A stretch of DNA of 64,000 nt, from assembly GCA_900617105.1 (NCBI GenBank), contig UYFQ01000001.1:1736001-1800000 (forward strand). The letters are read 5' to 3'. Below the pieces are notes generated by a model. That model was not told the origin of the DNA, made no database searches, and was given only the letters and a program-made list of their open reading frames with translations. Below are positions 22,712 to 32,371 of the stretch, piece by piece. Made by a program: the position numbers and the translations under genes. The DNA comes from Hydrurus foetidus (Eukaryota). The stretch's first letter is position 1; every line of letters begins with the position of its first letter.

Positions 22712-22800
22712 AAATACTCCAAAAGGTTATGTCTAAAATCAGTGCTTATCGCCAGAAGAATTCCGCTGGCAACACCTTGGTGAACTGATTTGCGATTTGC
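22712..22800 (-). promoter_or_regulatory. rpsB 5' leader (S2 autoregulatory, t44-like structure)
   Basis: Nested stems AATCAG..CTGATT, GTGTT..AGCAC, GCCAG..CTGGC, then GACATAACC and a GGAG RBS upstream of rpsB. Position matches the known S2 leader. Confidence 0.55.
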
Positions 22801-23108
22801 TCTGCAGATTGGGCAATATGCCTGCCGCAAAGCCTATCGAGTGTAGCACGACAAGAGGCAAGCTTGTCCAAATCTCTCCTGCCAAGCAACTTAACGCCAC
22901 GCGGTTTGGCTTGCGTGGGAAGGGCCAAGACGGCGCGCTTAGGTCATGCGCTTTTAGAGTCAATGACTTACCACCGCGCCGCTTGACGCTTGTTAACATA
23001 CCAGCAAGCTTAAGTATTATTTGCTACGCGAAGTTTTTTTCGTCTGCTTTGACCGGGCTTAAACGGGCAAAGACGCTGCAACAATCAGTCAAAAATGGCC
23101 ACGCAAAC

Positions 23109-23156
23109 ACTATATAAACAATAGCTGCTCGCGCCCGAATTTATTGGGCTACAGCC
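23109..23156 (+). repeat. 48-bp motif copy 7 (intergenic, near-consensus)
   Basis: ACTAT-ataaaca-ATAGC-TGCTCGCGCCCG-aatttat-TGGGCTACAGCC, then A6 tracts at 23170 and 23180. Confidence 0.92.
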
Positions 23157-23231
23157 CTATTTGATACCTAAAAAAGCTGAAAAAAGCATGCATTTGGCCA
23201 TATTTCCCGTTTTTCACCGAAACCAAACCGC

Positions 23232-24500
23232 ATGAAAGTTGCCGTTATTGGTGCGGGCATTATTGGCATCACCACGGCTTACGAGCTGGCTATTGATGGC
23301 CATGACGTCACGGTATTTGAACGCCGGGGCGCCGCCGCCGAAGAAGCCAGTTTTGCCAACGCCGGCGTCGTGGCACCGGGCTCGGTGACGCCTTGGGCAG
23401 CCCCGGGCATGCCGGGCAAGGTGCTGGGCAACCTGCTCGGCCGCCACTCGGCGGTCAAGCTCAGTTTGCCAATTTCAGGCGCTGACTTGGCGTGGATGTG
23501 GAAATGGTGGCGTGCCTGCAAACTAGAGATTTACCTTGCCAATCGCGCACGCTTGCAACGCCTGGCTTTTTACAGCCGGGAGCGTTTACACCAGATTACT
23601 GCCGACCTGCAGTTGGACTACGACCGCGCCGAAGGCTACACCGTGCTGCTGCGCAGCGAAAAAGACAACCGACTGGTGCAGCCCGGTTTGCAGGTACTGC
23701 GTGAGGCAGGCGTGACCTTCAGCGAAATCAATGCCGAAGGCGCTCGCAAGCTGGAGCCCGCCTTGAACCCTGACACTGAATTTTTCGGCGGTATTCACCT
23801 GCCGAACGACGAAGTGGCGAACTGCCGCCAGTTTGCCTTGCTGCTCAAGGATGTGGCGCGCGGTTTAGGCGTTAATTTTGAGTTTAATACGGCTGTAGCC
23901 CAATTAAATCTAGCGCAAGCAGCTAGTATTTTAATAGCGGGTGAAAGTACGCCCCGGCAGTTTGACCAAGTGGTGATGTGCGCCGGGCTGGCGTCTGCAG
24001 CGCTTTTAAAACCGCTGGGCTTGAAGATCCCGATGGCCGCGGTTTATGGCTACTCCATCAGCGCGCCGATTCGCGAGCCGTTAAACGCACCGCGCAGCGC
24101 TTTGATGGACGAGCACTACAAAGTCGCTATTTCACGCTTGGGCAATCGGGTGCGGGTGGCGGGCGGCGCAGAGTTGGGCGGCTCGCTCAGCGCGCACAAA
24201 GCGTCGTCGATTCAAACACTTTACAAAGTTTTGCAAGACTGGTTTCCCGGCGCTGCCCAGCATGCCAATACGGGCGCCAGCGTGCAGGTGTGGAAGGGCG
24301 CACGCCCCATGCTGCCCGATGGCCCGCCCATCATCGGCACCAGTGGCCTACCCGGCGTGTGGCTTAACTTGGGGCACGGCTCCAGCGGCTGGGCATTGAG
24401 CTGCGGCAGCGCGCGGGCGCTGGCCGATTTAATGAGCGGCAAACCCTCAGAAATCGATATGGACGGCTTGAACACAGCCAGACTTAAACGGGGTGTGTAG
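23232..24500 (+). CDS. dadA: D-amino acid dehydrogenase (DadA family)
   Basis: MKVAVIGAGIIG FAD motif, ASFANAG, GYSIS, GARPMLPDGPPIIG, NLGHGSSGW. Confidence 0.85.
   Translation: MKVAVIGAGIIGITTAYELAIDGHDVTVFERRGAAAEEASFANAGVVAPGSVTPWAAPGMPGKVLGNLLGRHSAVKLSLPISGADLAWMWKWWRACKLEIYLANRARLQRLAFYSRERLHQITADLQLDYDRAEGYTVLLRSEKDNRLVQPGLQVLREAGVTFSEINAEGARKLEPALNPDTEFFGGIHLPNDEVANCRQFALLLKDVARGLGVNFEFNTAVAQLNLAQAASILIAGESTPRQFDQVVMCAGLASAALLKPLGLKIPMAAVYGYSISAPIREPLNAPRSALMDEHYKVAISRLGNRVRVAGGAELGGSLSAHKASSIQTLYKVLQDWFPGAAQHANTGASVQVWKGARPMLPDGPPIIGTSGLPGVWLNLGHGSSGWALSCGSARALADLMSGKPSEIDMDGLNTARLKRGV
23891..23938 (-). repeat. 48-bp motif copy 8 (inside dadA, encodes AVAQLNLAQAASILIA)
   Basis: Plus strand GGCTGTAGCCCA-attaaat-CTAGCGCAAGCA-GCTAG-tatttta-ATAGC. 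Confidence 0.88.
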
Positions 24501-24629
24501 GCCGACGCCTATGCCAAGCGAGATAAATACACAAAGTTTTGCAAGCGTTGTTACAACCGTCGTTTCTGCCAGTTAAAGTGGCAGCAGCCTGGCATGTTGC
24601 CTGGCACATTTGTGTAGATTGGAATCATC

Positions 24630-25133
24630 ATGGGCATGTTCAGTTTTATTAAAGAAGCCGGGGAAAAGCTGTTTGGTCATGGCGAAGCAAAGGCAGCGCA
24701 AGTCGCCGTCGCCGCTGCACCCACCCCAGAGAACATCGCCGCCATGAGCAAAGCGGCAGGCGATGCCATAGCAACCTACATCGGCACGATGAACCTCGAC
24801 GTAGAAGGTCTTGACATTGCTTTTGATGCGGCCAGCGGCGCTGTGACGGTAGCCGGCGTGGCACCTGACCAGGAAACCAAAGAAAAAGTGCTGCTGTGCT
24901 GCGGCAACGTGGCGTCGGTGTCGTCGGTCAATGACATGATGACGGTGTCCGCCGAAGAGCCGGAGTCACAGATGTACATCGTGGTGAGTGGCGACAACCT
25001 GTCCAAAATCAGCAAAGAGTTTTACGGCACGCCGAATAAATACCCGCAGATTTTCGAAGCCAACAAGCCCATGCTGACCCACCCTGACAAAATTTACCCA
25101 GGTCAGGTGTTGCGCATCCCCGCCGACGCCTAA
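24630..25133 (+). CDS. kbp: BON-LysM protein (Kbp/YgaU family)
   Basis: MGMFSFIKEAGEKLFG, BON domain, LysM YIVVSGDNLSKISKEFYG..IFEANKPMLTHPDKIYPGQVLRIP. Confidence 0.9.
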   Translation: MGMFSFIKEAGEKLFGHGEAKAAQVAVAAAPTPENIAAMSKAAGDAIATYIGTMNLDVEGLDIAFDAASGAVTVAGVAPDQETKEKVLLCCGNVASVSSVNDMMTVSAEEPESQMYIVVSGDNLSKISKEFYGTPNKYPQIFEANKPMLTHPDKIYPGQVLRIPADA

Positions 25134-26681
25134 ATGTCGACGCAGGCTGTGATGCAAAAAATAACCACTGCACACAGCCAGAGCCTTTTTGATGTGGCCG
25201 CCACCCGCCGCATTGAACAAACAGCCACCAGTACCCTGCCCGCCCACACGCTGATGCAGCGCGCGGGCTTGGCAGTGGCCCGTTTAAGCCTGGCGCTTGC
25301 GCCCAACGCCCGATGCATCTGGGTAGCCTGCGGGCCGGGCAACAACGGCGGTGATGGGTTTGAAGCGGCCAGGCACCTGCACCATTGGGGCAAACGCGTG
25401 GTGGTGACTTGGACAGGTGCTGGCAAAAATGGTTTGCCACCAGACGCCCAAGCCGCACGCAAGCAAGCCTTGGAAGCAGGTGTAGCCGTAGCTGATGAAC
25501 CTCCGCCAGAATTTGATTTTTGTATTGACGCGTTGCTGGGAATCGGGGGCGATCTTGACCCAGCGCGCAGCGGTACCGCGCTTATGCTGCGCTGGTTGCA
25601 AGTCATGGCGACCAGCACTGCACCAACGCTTGCGGTGGACTTGCCCAGCGGACTGAACGCAGACACGGGCGAGTCAAGCGCTATTTATTCAGGAGCTGCT
25701 CGCGCCCGAATTCATTCGGTTAAACAAAGTTTTACTCTCTCATTATTGACGCTAAAGCCCGGATTATTCACTTTTGAAGGCCGCGACAGCGCGGGCGAAG
25801 TCTGGTTTGACGACTTGGGCGTTAACACACCCGCCACAGAGCTACCCAGCGCCATGCTGTTGGGCGCCGACGGCGTCGCACTTCCGAAACGTTTGTACAG
25901 CCTTCATGCGCTACATAAAGGCAGCTTTGGCGACGTGGCCGCAATTGGCGGGCAATCTTCTGCCAGCAGCCACATGGCAGGCGCCGTGCTGCTAGCGGCG
26001 CGGGCGGCGCTGCATGCGGGCGCAGGCCGGGTATTTGTGGCTTTGCTGGGCAACACGCCGTCAAGCGGCTTGACCGTCGATACCCACCAGCCCGAGTTGA
26101 TGTTTCGCAGCCCCGAGGCGCTAGATTTGCTTAACCAAGTTATCGTCTGCGGCTGCGGCGGCGGCGAGGCGATTAAAGCAGTGCTGGCCAAACTGCTCGC
26201 TGAAGCCCCCCGCCTGGTGCTAGACGCGGACGCGCTGAACGCTATTGCCCAAGACACCCAACTTCAAATTTTGCTAACCGCGCGAGCGGCACGCGGCTTT
26301 GCCACGGTGCTTACACCGCACCCGCTAGAGGCCGCGCGCCTGCTGCAAACCACGACCGCGCTCATTCAGTCTGACCGCCTGAAAGCCGCTGCGCGATTGG
26401 CAGAGCGGTATCAAGCGGTGGTGGTTTTAAAGGGGTCGGGCAGCGTGATAGCCGCAGGCGGTGAAATCAGCCGCATTAATTCCAGCGGCAATGCGTTGCT
26501 GGCGACCGCTGGCACTGGGGACGTGCTGGCAGGTGCGCTGGGCGCTGCAATCGCGAACGGGCTGAGCGCATTTGAGGCTGCCTGCAGCGCGGTGTTCCAG
26601 CACGGTCTGGTTGCAGACAGTTGGGAGCAATTCCATCCCCGGGAAGCATTGACGGCTTCCAAGCTCGCCGCTTTGATTTAA
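25134..26681 (+). CDS. nnr: Bifunctional NAD(P)H-hydrate epimerase/dehydratase
   Basis: LMQRAG, GPGNNGGDG, DLPSG (YjeF_N); HKGSFG, LDADALN, LTPHPLEAARL, LATAGTGDVLAG (YjeF_C). Confidence 0.95.
   Translation: MSTQAVMQKITTAHSQSLFDVAATRRIEQTATSTLPAHTLMQRAGLAVARLSLALAPNARCIWVACGPGNNGGDGFEAARHLHHWGKRVVVTWTGAGKNGLPPDAQAARKQALEAGVAVADEPPPEFDFCIDALLGIGGDLDPARSGTALMLRWLQVMATSTAPTLAVDLPSGLNADTGESSAIYSGAARARIHSVKQSFTLSLLTLKPGLFTFEGRDSAGEVWFDDLGVNTPATELPSAMLLGADGVALPKRLYSLHALHKGSFGDVAAIGGQSSASSHMAGAVLLAARAALHAGAGRVFVALLGNTPSSGLTVDTHQPELMFRSPEALDLLNQVIVCGCGGGEAIKAVLAKLLAEAPRLVLDADALNAIAQDTQLQILLTARAARGFATVLTPHPLEAARLLQTTTALIQSDRLKAAARLAERYQAVVVLKGSGSVIAAGGEISRINSSGNALLATAGTGDVLAGALGAAIANGLSAFEAACSAVFQHGLVADSWEQFHPREALTASKLAALI
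25680..25727 (+). repeat. 48-bp motif copy 9 (inside nnr, encodes AIYSGAARARIHSVKQ)
   Basis: GCTAT-ttattca-GGAGC-TGCTCGCGCCCG-aattcat-TCGGTTAAACAA. Confidence 0.82.
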
Positions 26682-27244
26682 GCCAGCACCATCAGCCCAA
26701 TTTGGAGCGCCACAATCAGCACAATCGCCGACAAATCAATGCCGCCCACCGACGGAATGATTCGCCTAAGCGGCGCCAGCAGCGGATCAGTTAAACGCCC
26801 CAGCAAACTGTAGGCCGGTGAGCCGGGTTGCACCCAAGACAAAATCGCGAAGCCAATGACCAAAATCATCAGGCTTTGCAGCGCTACCCGCAGCAACAGT
26901 TTGAATGCCAGCGTAAACAAAGAAAGCAGCATCACGGGCTCAAGCGCGGCCAGCCCCAGACCGCCCAAGACGATGGTGAACAACACCAACCAGATCACCG
27001 CGTAGCTGAGTGCAAAAATCAGCGCCGTCAGCAAGCTTGCCCAGTCGATTTTTGACTGGGCAACAGCTTTGGGCAATGCCAGCCGCAGCGGCTTGACGCA
27101 CCAGTCTGTGACCGCCATCACAAATATGCCGGGCTGCCCGCGCATGTTCACGCGCGTCCAGTTCATCCACGCACGCAGCAGCGCTGCGGCGATCAGCACG
27201 AAAAAAATGCTCTCAAGCAAAAAAGAAAGAATACGAATCAACAT
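26678..27244 (-). CDS. yggT: YggT family membrane protein
   Basis: Two YGGT repeats; ILSWV..LTDPLLAPLRRIIPSVGGIDLS. Confidence 0.92.
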   Translation of the reverse strand: MLIRILSFLLESIFFVLIAAALLRAWMNWTRVNMRGQPGIFVMAVTDWCVKPLRLALPKAVAQSKIDWASLLTALIFALSYAVIWLVLFTIVLGGLGLAALEPVMLLSLFTLAFKLLLRVALQSLMILVIGFAILSWVQPGSPAYSLLGRLTDPLLAPLRRIIPSVGGIDLSAIVLIVALQIGLMVLA

Positions 27245-27288
27245 GTTTTATTGCGCTTAAAAAGGCTGTAAATGGCTACCAACGGAGC

Positions 27289-29655
27289 TCACCGGCGCGG
27301 TTTTTTGCCCTGCTTGCGGCCGGTCTTGGAGCCTGTCTTTGAAGCGGCTTTGGCGGCCGCTTTTTTCACTGATGCTTTAAGCGCCTGAATCGGCGAAGGC
27401 AGCAGGCCGCCAGAGCCGCGCTCAGTACGGCTAGACGACGAGGAAGCCGCGCCACCTGACCCACGGGCGGGCCGGGTAGCAGCGCCGCCCGCACCTGCGC
27501 GCCGGTTGCCTTTACTGTCGCGCGCCACGCCGCGCTCTTTTGCTGGACCGTCCCCTGAATTGCTGCCCGCATGGCCGCCGGTTTTGTCTTTCATGGCCCG
27601 GTTGGTCAGCGCCAGCAGCGACTCACCCTCGTGAATCAATCTAAAGTCAATTTTGCGGCCGTCCAGGTCAACCCGACTGACCTGCACCCGCACCCGCGTG
27701 CCAATGGCGTAGCGAATGCCGGTGCGCTCGCCACGCAGCTCTTGCTTGGCTTCATCAAAACGGAAATACTCGCCGCCCAACTCGGTGATGTGCACCAAGC
27801 CTTCAACGTACATGGCATCGAGCGTAACGAAGATGCCAAAGCTGGTGGCAGCCGACACCACGCCGCCAAACTCCTCGCCCAAATGCTCGCGCATGTACTT
27901 GCATTTGAGCCAGGCTTCTACATCGCGGCTGGCTTCGTCAGCACGGCGCTCGTTGGCGCTGCAATGCAGGCCAGCGGCTTGCCAGGCAAGCTCGTCAACA
28001 CTGGCTTTTTTCGGCTTTTGTTCTGGGTCCCTGACGCTTGCGTCAGTTCGTAATTTATCTCTCGAAGCTAAACGTTTGGAAAGTTTTGCTTCGGCTTCAC
28101 CCGGCGTGGGCAAGCTGGGCAATTGGTACTTGGCCTTGTTCAGCACTGCTTTAATCACGCGGTGCACCAGCAAGTCTGGATAGCGGCGAATCGGGCTGGT
28201 GAAGTGCGTGTACGCCTCATACGCCAAGCCAAAGTGGCCACTGTTCATCGGCGTGTAAATCGCCTGCTGCATCGAGCGAAGCAGCATGGTGTGAATTTGC
28301 TGCGCGTCAGGCCGGTCTTTGGTGGCTTGGGCGATTTGCTGAAACTCGCCCGGGGTCGGGTCGTCGCTGATCGTCATGCCGATGCCTGCGGCTTTGAGGT
28401 AATTGCGCAGCATGTCCTTTTTCTCAGGCGTCGGGCCTTCATGCACGCGAAACAAACCGACGTGTTTGCTGCTGGCAACAAAGTCTGCCGAGCACACGTT
28501 GGCGGCCAGCATGGCCTCTTCAATCAGGCGGTGGGCCACGTTGCGGGTGCGGGGAATGATTTTTTCAATTCGCCCTGCTTCATCGCACACAATCTGCGTT
28601 TCGGTGGTTTCAAAATCAACCGCGCCGCGCACGCCGCGTTCTTTCAACAGCGCTTGGTACACGTCATGCAAATCAAGCAAATGCGGCACCAGGGCTTTAC
28701 GCTGGGCGGCTTCTGGCCCGCGCGTGTTGGCCAAAATAGCCGCGACTTCGGTGTAGGTAAACCGCGCTTTGCTGAACATCACTGCCGGGTAAAACTGGTA
28801 GGCGTGTACGTCGCCTTTGGCGGTAACCAACATGTCACACACCATGCACAGGCGCTCAACATTGGGGTTAAGTGAGCACAGCCCGTTCGACAACTTTTCA
28901 GGCAGCATGGGTATCACGCGGCGCGGAAAGTACACGCTGGTGGCGCGGTCGTAAGCGTCAATGTCAATGGCGCTGCCAGTTTCTACATAGTGACTCACAT
29001 CGGCAATGGCCACTAACAGCCGCCAACCCTTGCCCCGCCCTACTTTGGCAGGCTCGCAATACACCGCATCGTCAAAATCACGGGCGTCTTCGCCATCAAT
29101 CGTGACCAGCGCGATGTCGGTTAAGTCGACCCGGTTCTTTTTGTCTTGCGGGCGCACGGCATCAGGCAGGGTGCGCGCCAGGGCCATGGCCTCATCAGAA
29201 AATTCATGCGGCACACCATATTTGCGCACGGCAATTTCAATTTCCATGCCGGGGTCATCTATCTCACCCAGCACTTCTTTCACGCGGCCCACCGGTTGGC
29301 CAAACAGCGCGGGCGGCTCGGTGAGTTGCACCACCACCACCTGGCCTGCTTTGGCCGAGCCCGTGGCGCCCTTTGGAATCAGCACATCTTGCCCGTAGCG
29401 CTTGTCTTCTGGCGCTACCAGCCATACGCCGCTTTCTTGTAGCAAGCGGCCAATAATGGGGTTAGGTGAGCGTTCGATGATCTCAGTGACGCGGCCTTCA
29501 GGCCGGTTTTTTCGGTCGTGGCGCACGATGCGCGCTTTGACGCGGTCTTTGTGCAGCACGGCACGCATTTCGTTCGGCGGCAAATAGATGTCGGCCTCGC
29601 CATCGTCACGCTGCACAAAACCGTGGCCATCGCGGTGGCCAGAAACCGTGCCCAT
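27289..29655 (-). CDS. rnr: Ribonuclease R
   Basis: GHRDGHGFV, TIDGEDARDFDDA, AIADVSHYV, YTHFTSPIRRYPDL, S1 domain and basic C-terminal tail. Start uncertain. Confidence 0.96.
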   Translation of the reverse strand: MGTVSGHRDGHGFVQRDDGEADIYLPPNEMRAVLHKDRVKARIVRHDRKNRPEGRVTEIIERSPNPIIGRLLQESGVWLVAPEDKRYGQDVLIPKGATGSAKAGQVVVVQLTEPPALFGQPVGRVKEVLGEIDDPGMEIEIAVRKYGVPHEFSDEAMALARTLPDAVRPQDKKNRVDLTDIALVTIDGEDARDFDDAVYCEPAKVGRGKGWRLLVAIADVSHYVETGSAIDIDAYDRATSVYFPRRVIPMLPEKLSNGLCSLNPNVERLCMVCDMLVTAKGDVHAYQFYPAVMFSKARFTYTEVAAILANTRGPEAAQRKALVPHLLDLHDVYQALLKERGVRGAVDFETTETQIVCDEAGRIEKIIPRTRNVAHRLIEEAMLAANVCSADFVASSKHVGLFRVHEGPTPEKKDMLRNYLKAAGIGMTISDDPTPGEFQQIAQATKDRPDAQQIHTMLLRSMQQAIYTPMNSGHFGLAYEAYTHFTSPIRRYPDLLVHRVIKAVLNKAKYQLPSLPTPGEAEAKLSKRLASRDKLRTDASVRDPEQKPKKASVDELAWQAAGLHCSANERRADEASRDVEAWLKCKYMREHLGEEFGGVVSAATSFGIFVTLDAMYVEGLVHITELGGEYFRFDEAKQELRGERTGIRYAIGTRVRVQVSRVDLDGRKIDFRLIHEGESLLALTNRAMKDKTGGHAGSNSGDGPAKERGVARDSKGNRRAGAGGAATRPARGSGGAASSSSSRTERGSGGLLPSPIQALKASVKKAAAKAASKTGSKTGRKQGKKPRR

Positions 29656-29837
29656 GAATTCGGCAAGAAGGCCAGCACTGGCGCCGGCGTTGGTATGTAT
29701 TGTTTTGATAAAAATCTCTTTAAATAAAATTGGCAGCTATTCATCTGGCCATGCGTTGCTGCTGCCCAGTATGCTGCGGAAATGTTTCACTTCGCCTGCC
29801 CCAAACCATGATCGGCTAATGGTACACTTGAAGGCTT

Positions 29838-29922
29838 GCCCGGGTGGCGGAATTGGTAGACGCGCACGGTTCAGGTCCGTGTATCGCAAGATGTGGAGAT
29901 TCGAGTTCTCTCCCGGGCACCA
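29838..29922 (+). tRNA. tRNA-Leu(CAG)
   Basis: GCCCGGG acceptor stem, anticodon arm CACGG-TTCAGGT-CCGTG, long variable arm, TTCGAG T-loop, 3' CCA; 85 nt. Confidence 0.97.
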
Positions 29923-29964
29923 AGATACTATTCAGGAAACTGAAGTCATCAAAAAAATTGCAAT

Positions 29965-30000
29965 AAGCCGCTGAAAATACCAATTTTCAGCGGCTTTTTT
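29965..30000 (+). terminator. Intrinsic terminator after tRNA-Leu (possibly bidirectional with rimO)
   Basis: AAGCCGCTGAAAAT-acca-ATTTTCAGCGGCTT followed by T run. Confidence 0.85.
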
Positions 30001-30030
30001 GTTGCCAAAAATGCTTTGAAGTCTTTGAAA

Positions 30031-31443
30031 TCAGAACGGCGCGGCAATCAAGTCGTGGCCCTGAACGCCCACAATACGCGCTTTAGTGAACTCACCCACT
30101 TTAAGGGTTTTGCTGATTTTTTCTGGCGCAAGCAGCTTGACCACACCATCAATCTCAGGCGCATCGGCATACGAGCGCCCCACGCCGCCTTTGCGGCCCA
30201 GTGCAGGCGCTGAATCGACCAACACCTGCATCGTCGCACCGATGCGGCTTTGCAGCTTTTGACTTGACACCGCTTCAGCCACGGCCATGAAGCGTGCTCG
30301 GCGCTCTTCTCGCAATTCAATCGGCAACATGCCGGGAATATCGTTGGCGGTTGCACCTGCCACAGCGCTGTAAGCAAAGCAGCCTGCGCGGTCGATTTTG
30401 GCCTCTTGCATGAAGTCCAGCAGATGCGCAAACTCAGCCTCCGTCTCGCCCGGAAAACCCGCAATAAAGGTGCTGCGAATCACAATTTCAGGACAAATCT
30501 CGCGCCAGCGCGCAATACGCTCCAGGTTCTTTTCGCCACTGGCGGGGCGCTTCATGCGTTTTAGAACATCCGGGTGGCTGTGTTGCAAAGGCACATCCAG
30601 ATACGGCAGCACTTTGCCGGTTGCCATCAGCGGCAAAATTTCATCCACACTCGGATACGGGTACACATAATGCAAACGCACCCAGGCGCCGTAGGGTTCT
30701 GCAATCTCACCGAGCGCCTGTACGAGCTCCAGCATGCGGGTTTTGATGGGCTTTCCCTCGTAGAACCCGGTGCGGTATTTAACGTCAACACCGTAGGCCG
30801 ACGTGTCCTGGCTGATGACGAGTAGTTCCTTTACGCCACCTTCAAACAAGGCACGGGCTTCAACCAGCACATCACCAATCGGGCGCGACACCAAGTCCCC
30901 GCGCATCGACGGGATGATGCAAAACGTGCAGCGGTGGTTGCAACCTTCACTGATCTTCAAATACGCATAGTGGCGCGGCGTTAATTTAATGCCAGCGATT
31001 CCAAAACTGTTGGGGACGAGGTCCACAAACGGGTCATGCGGCTTGGGCAGGTTCAAATGCACCGCGTCCATGACTTCTTGCGTCGCGTGCGGGCCTGTCA
31101 CGGCCAATACGCTGGGGTGCATTTGCCGCACCATGTTGCCGCCGCCTTCGCCTGCTTTTGCGCCCAGGCATCCCGTCACAATCACTCGCCCGTTGGCGGC
31201 TAATGCTTCGCCAATCGTGTCCAGGCTTTCTTTCACGGCATCATCAATAAACCCGCAGGTATTGACGATCACCAAGTCAGCGCCTTCGAAAGTTTTGGAG
31301 GTTTGGTAGCCCTCGGCATTGAGTTGCGTCAAGATCAACTCAGAATCGGTCAGTGCCTTGGGGCAACCCAGGCTGACAAAGCCTACGCGCGGCGCTCGGC
31401 TGGCTGCAGTCACAGCGGCGGGGGGGAAGATCACTTCAGTCAT
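30031..31443 (-). CDS. rimO: Ribosomal protein S12 methylthiotransferase
   Basis: [20 protein letters not shown], radical [15 protein letters not shown] domain (DAPEIDG). Confidence 0.97.
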   Translation of the reverse strand: MTEVIFPPAAVTAASRAPRVGFVSLGCPKALTDSELILTQLNAEGYQTSKTFEGADLVIVNTCGFIDDAVKESLDTIGEALAANGRVIVTGCLGAKAGEGGGNMVRQMHPSVLAVTGPHATQEVMDAVHLNLPKPHDPFVDLVPNSFGIAGIKLTPRHYAYLKISEGCNHRCTFCIIPSMRGDLVSRPIGDVLVEARALFEGGVKELLVISQDTSAYGVDVKYRTGFYEGKPIKTRMLELVQALGEIAEPYGAWVRLHYVYPYPSVDEILPLMATGKVLPYLDVPLQHSHPDVLKRMKRPASGEKNLERIARWREICPEIVIRSTFIAGFPGETEAEFAHLLDFMQEAKIDRAGCFAYSAVAGATANDIPGMLPIELREERRARFMAVAEAVSSQKLQSRIGATMQVLVDSAPALGRKGGVGRSYADAPEIDGVVKLLAPEKISKTLKVGEFTKARIVGVQGHDLIAAPF

Positions 31444-31447
31444 GGGG

Positions 31448-32059
31448 TTACTTTTTTAGGCCAAAGGCAGACAACATCTGTTCGCTTTGCTTTTGCATTT
31501 GTTCTTGCATCTGGGCAAAAACATCTTTCGATTGCTCGACGTAATTGCCCATCATGCCCTTCATCACGGGTGACTGAACATTCATGAACTGCGCCCACTT
31601 TTCCGGGCTGAGGCCTTGAGACTGCTCAGTCATTTTGCTCTGCAAATCCATGAAGCTCTGCACGTTTTTTTCCAGATATGCACCCATAAAGCCTTGCATC
31701 GCGTTTCCGTAAAAGCGAATGATATTTGCCAGCACGGCTTCAGTGAACATGGGCGCGCCGCCCGACTCTTCTTCCAAGATGATTTGCAGCAAAATACTTC
31801 GGGTCAGGTCGTCGCTGGTTTTTGCGTCAAGCACTTCAAACGGCACGTTGCCCATGACCAGTTGCCGCACATCGCTCAATGTGATGTAGGTCGACGTTTG
31901 CGTGTCGTACAGCCGCCGATTTGGGTATTTTTTAATCACCCGGCTGGGTGACGGAGCATCGCGTGGCTCGGTTTGCCCTCCAGCAGATGCTGCATTAAGT
32001 GCCTTGGGCGCCTTGGACACGGAAGCCGGTTTCACGTTTATGGTTTTGCTGGTTGCCAC
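31448..32059 (-). CDS. phaR: Polyhydroxyalkanoate synthesis repressor PhaR
   Basis: [42 protein letters not shown]. Start uncertain. Confidence 0.95.
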   Translation of the reverse strand: MATSKTINVKPASVSKAPKALNAASAGGQTEPRDAPSPSRVIKKYPNRRLYDTQTSTYITLSDVRQLVMGNVPFEVLDAKTSDDLTRSILLQIILEEESGGAPMFTEAVLANIIRFYGNAMQGFMGAYLEKNVQSFMDLQSKMTEQSQGLSPEKWAQFMNVQSPVMKGMMGNYVEQSKDVFAQMQEQMQKQSEQMLSAFGLKK

Positions 32060-32216
32060 TCGACATTCCTGACGTTGACCCCGATCATTCGCGCTGGGGC
32101 GTTAACGCATTCTAGGAAATTTACGGCGATGTGTTGATTTGGGTTTTCCCGCCAGCCGCACAAAGAATTGCCCGACAGGGCCCGTGAGCCGAAAAATGCA
32201 GAAAAACCAGAAAATT

Positions 32217-32293
32217 TGGTAGGCGCAATTGGACTCGAACCAACGACCCCCACCATGTCAAGGTGGTGCTCTAACCAGCTGAGCTATGCGCCT
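32217..32293 (-). tRNA. tRNA-Val(GAC)
   Basis: AGGCGCATAGCTCAGCTGGTTAGAGCACCACCTTGACATGGTGGGGGTCGTTGGTTCGAGTCCAATTGCGCCTACCA. Confidence 0.98.
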
Positions 32294-32371
32294 AAAGTCG
32301 AAGCATAGTGTAGCAGAGCCATCGAGACACCCCGCACAGAGGCCGCGTTACGGCGGCGTATGCAGCCCTTT

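Noticed and set aside
29720..29745. GCAGCTAT in the AT-rich region upstream of rnr as a motif copy
   Set aside because: No GC core and no second dyad arm.
29838..32293. Genomic island integrated at tRNA-Leu or tRNA-Val
   Set aside because: No integrase and no duplicated tRNA 3' end seen; the flanking genes (rnr, rimO, phaR, relA) are core.
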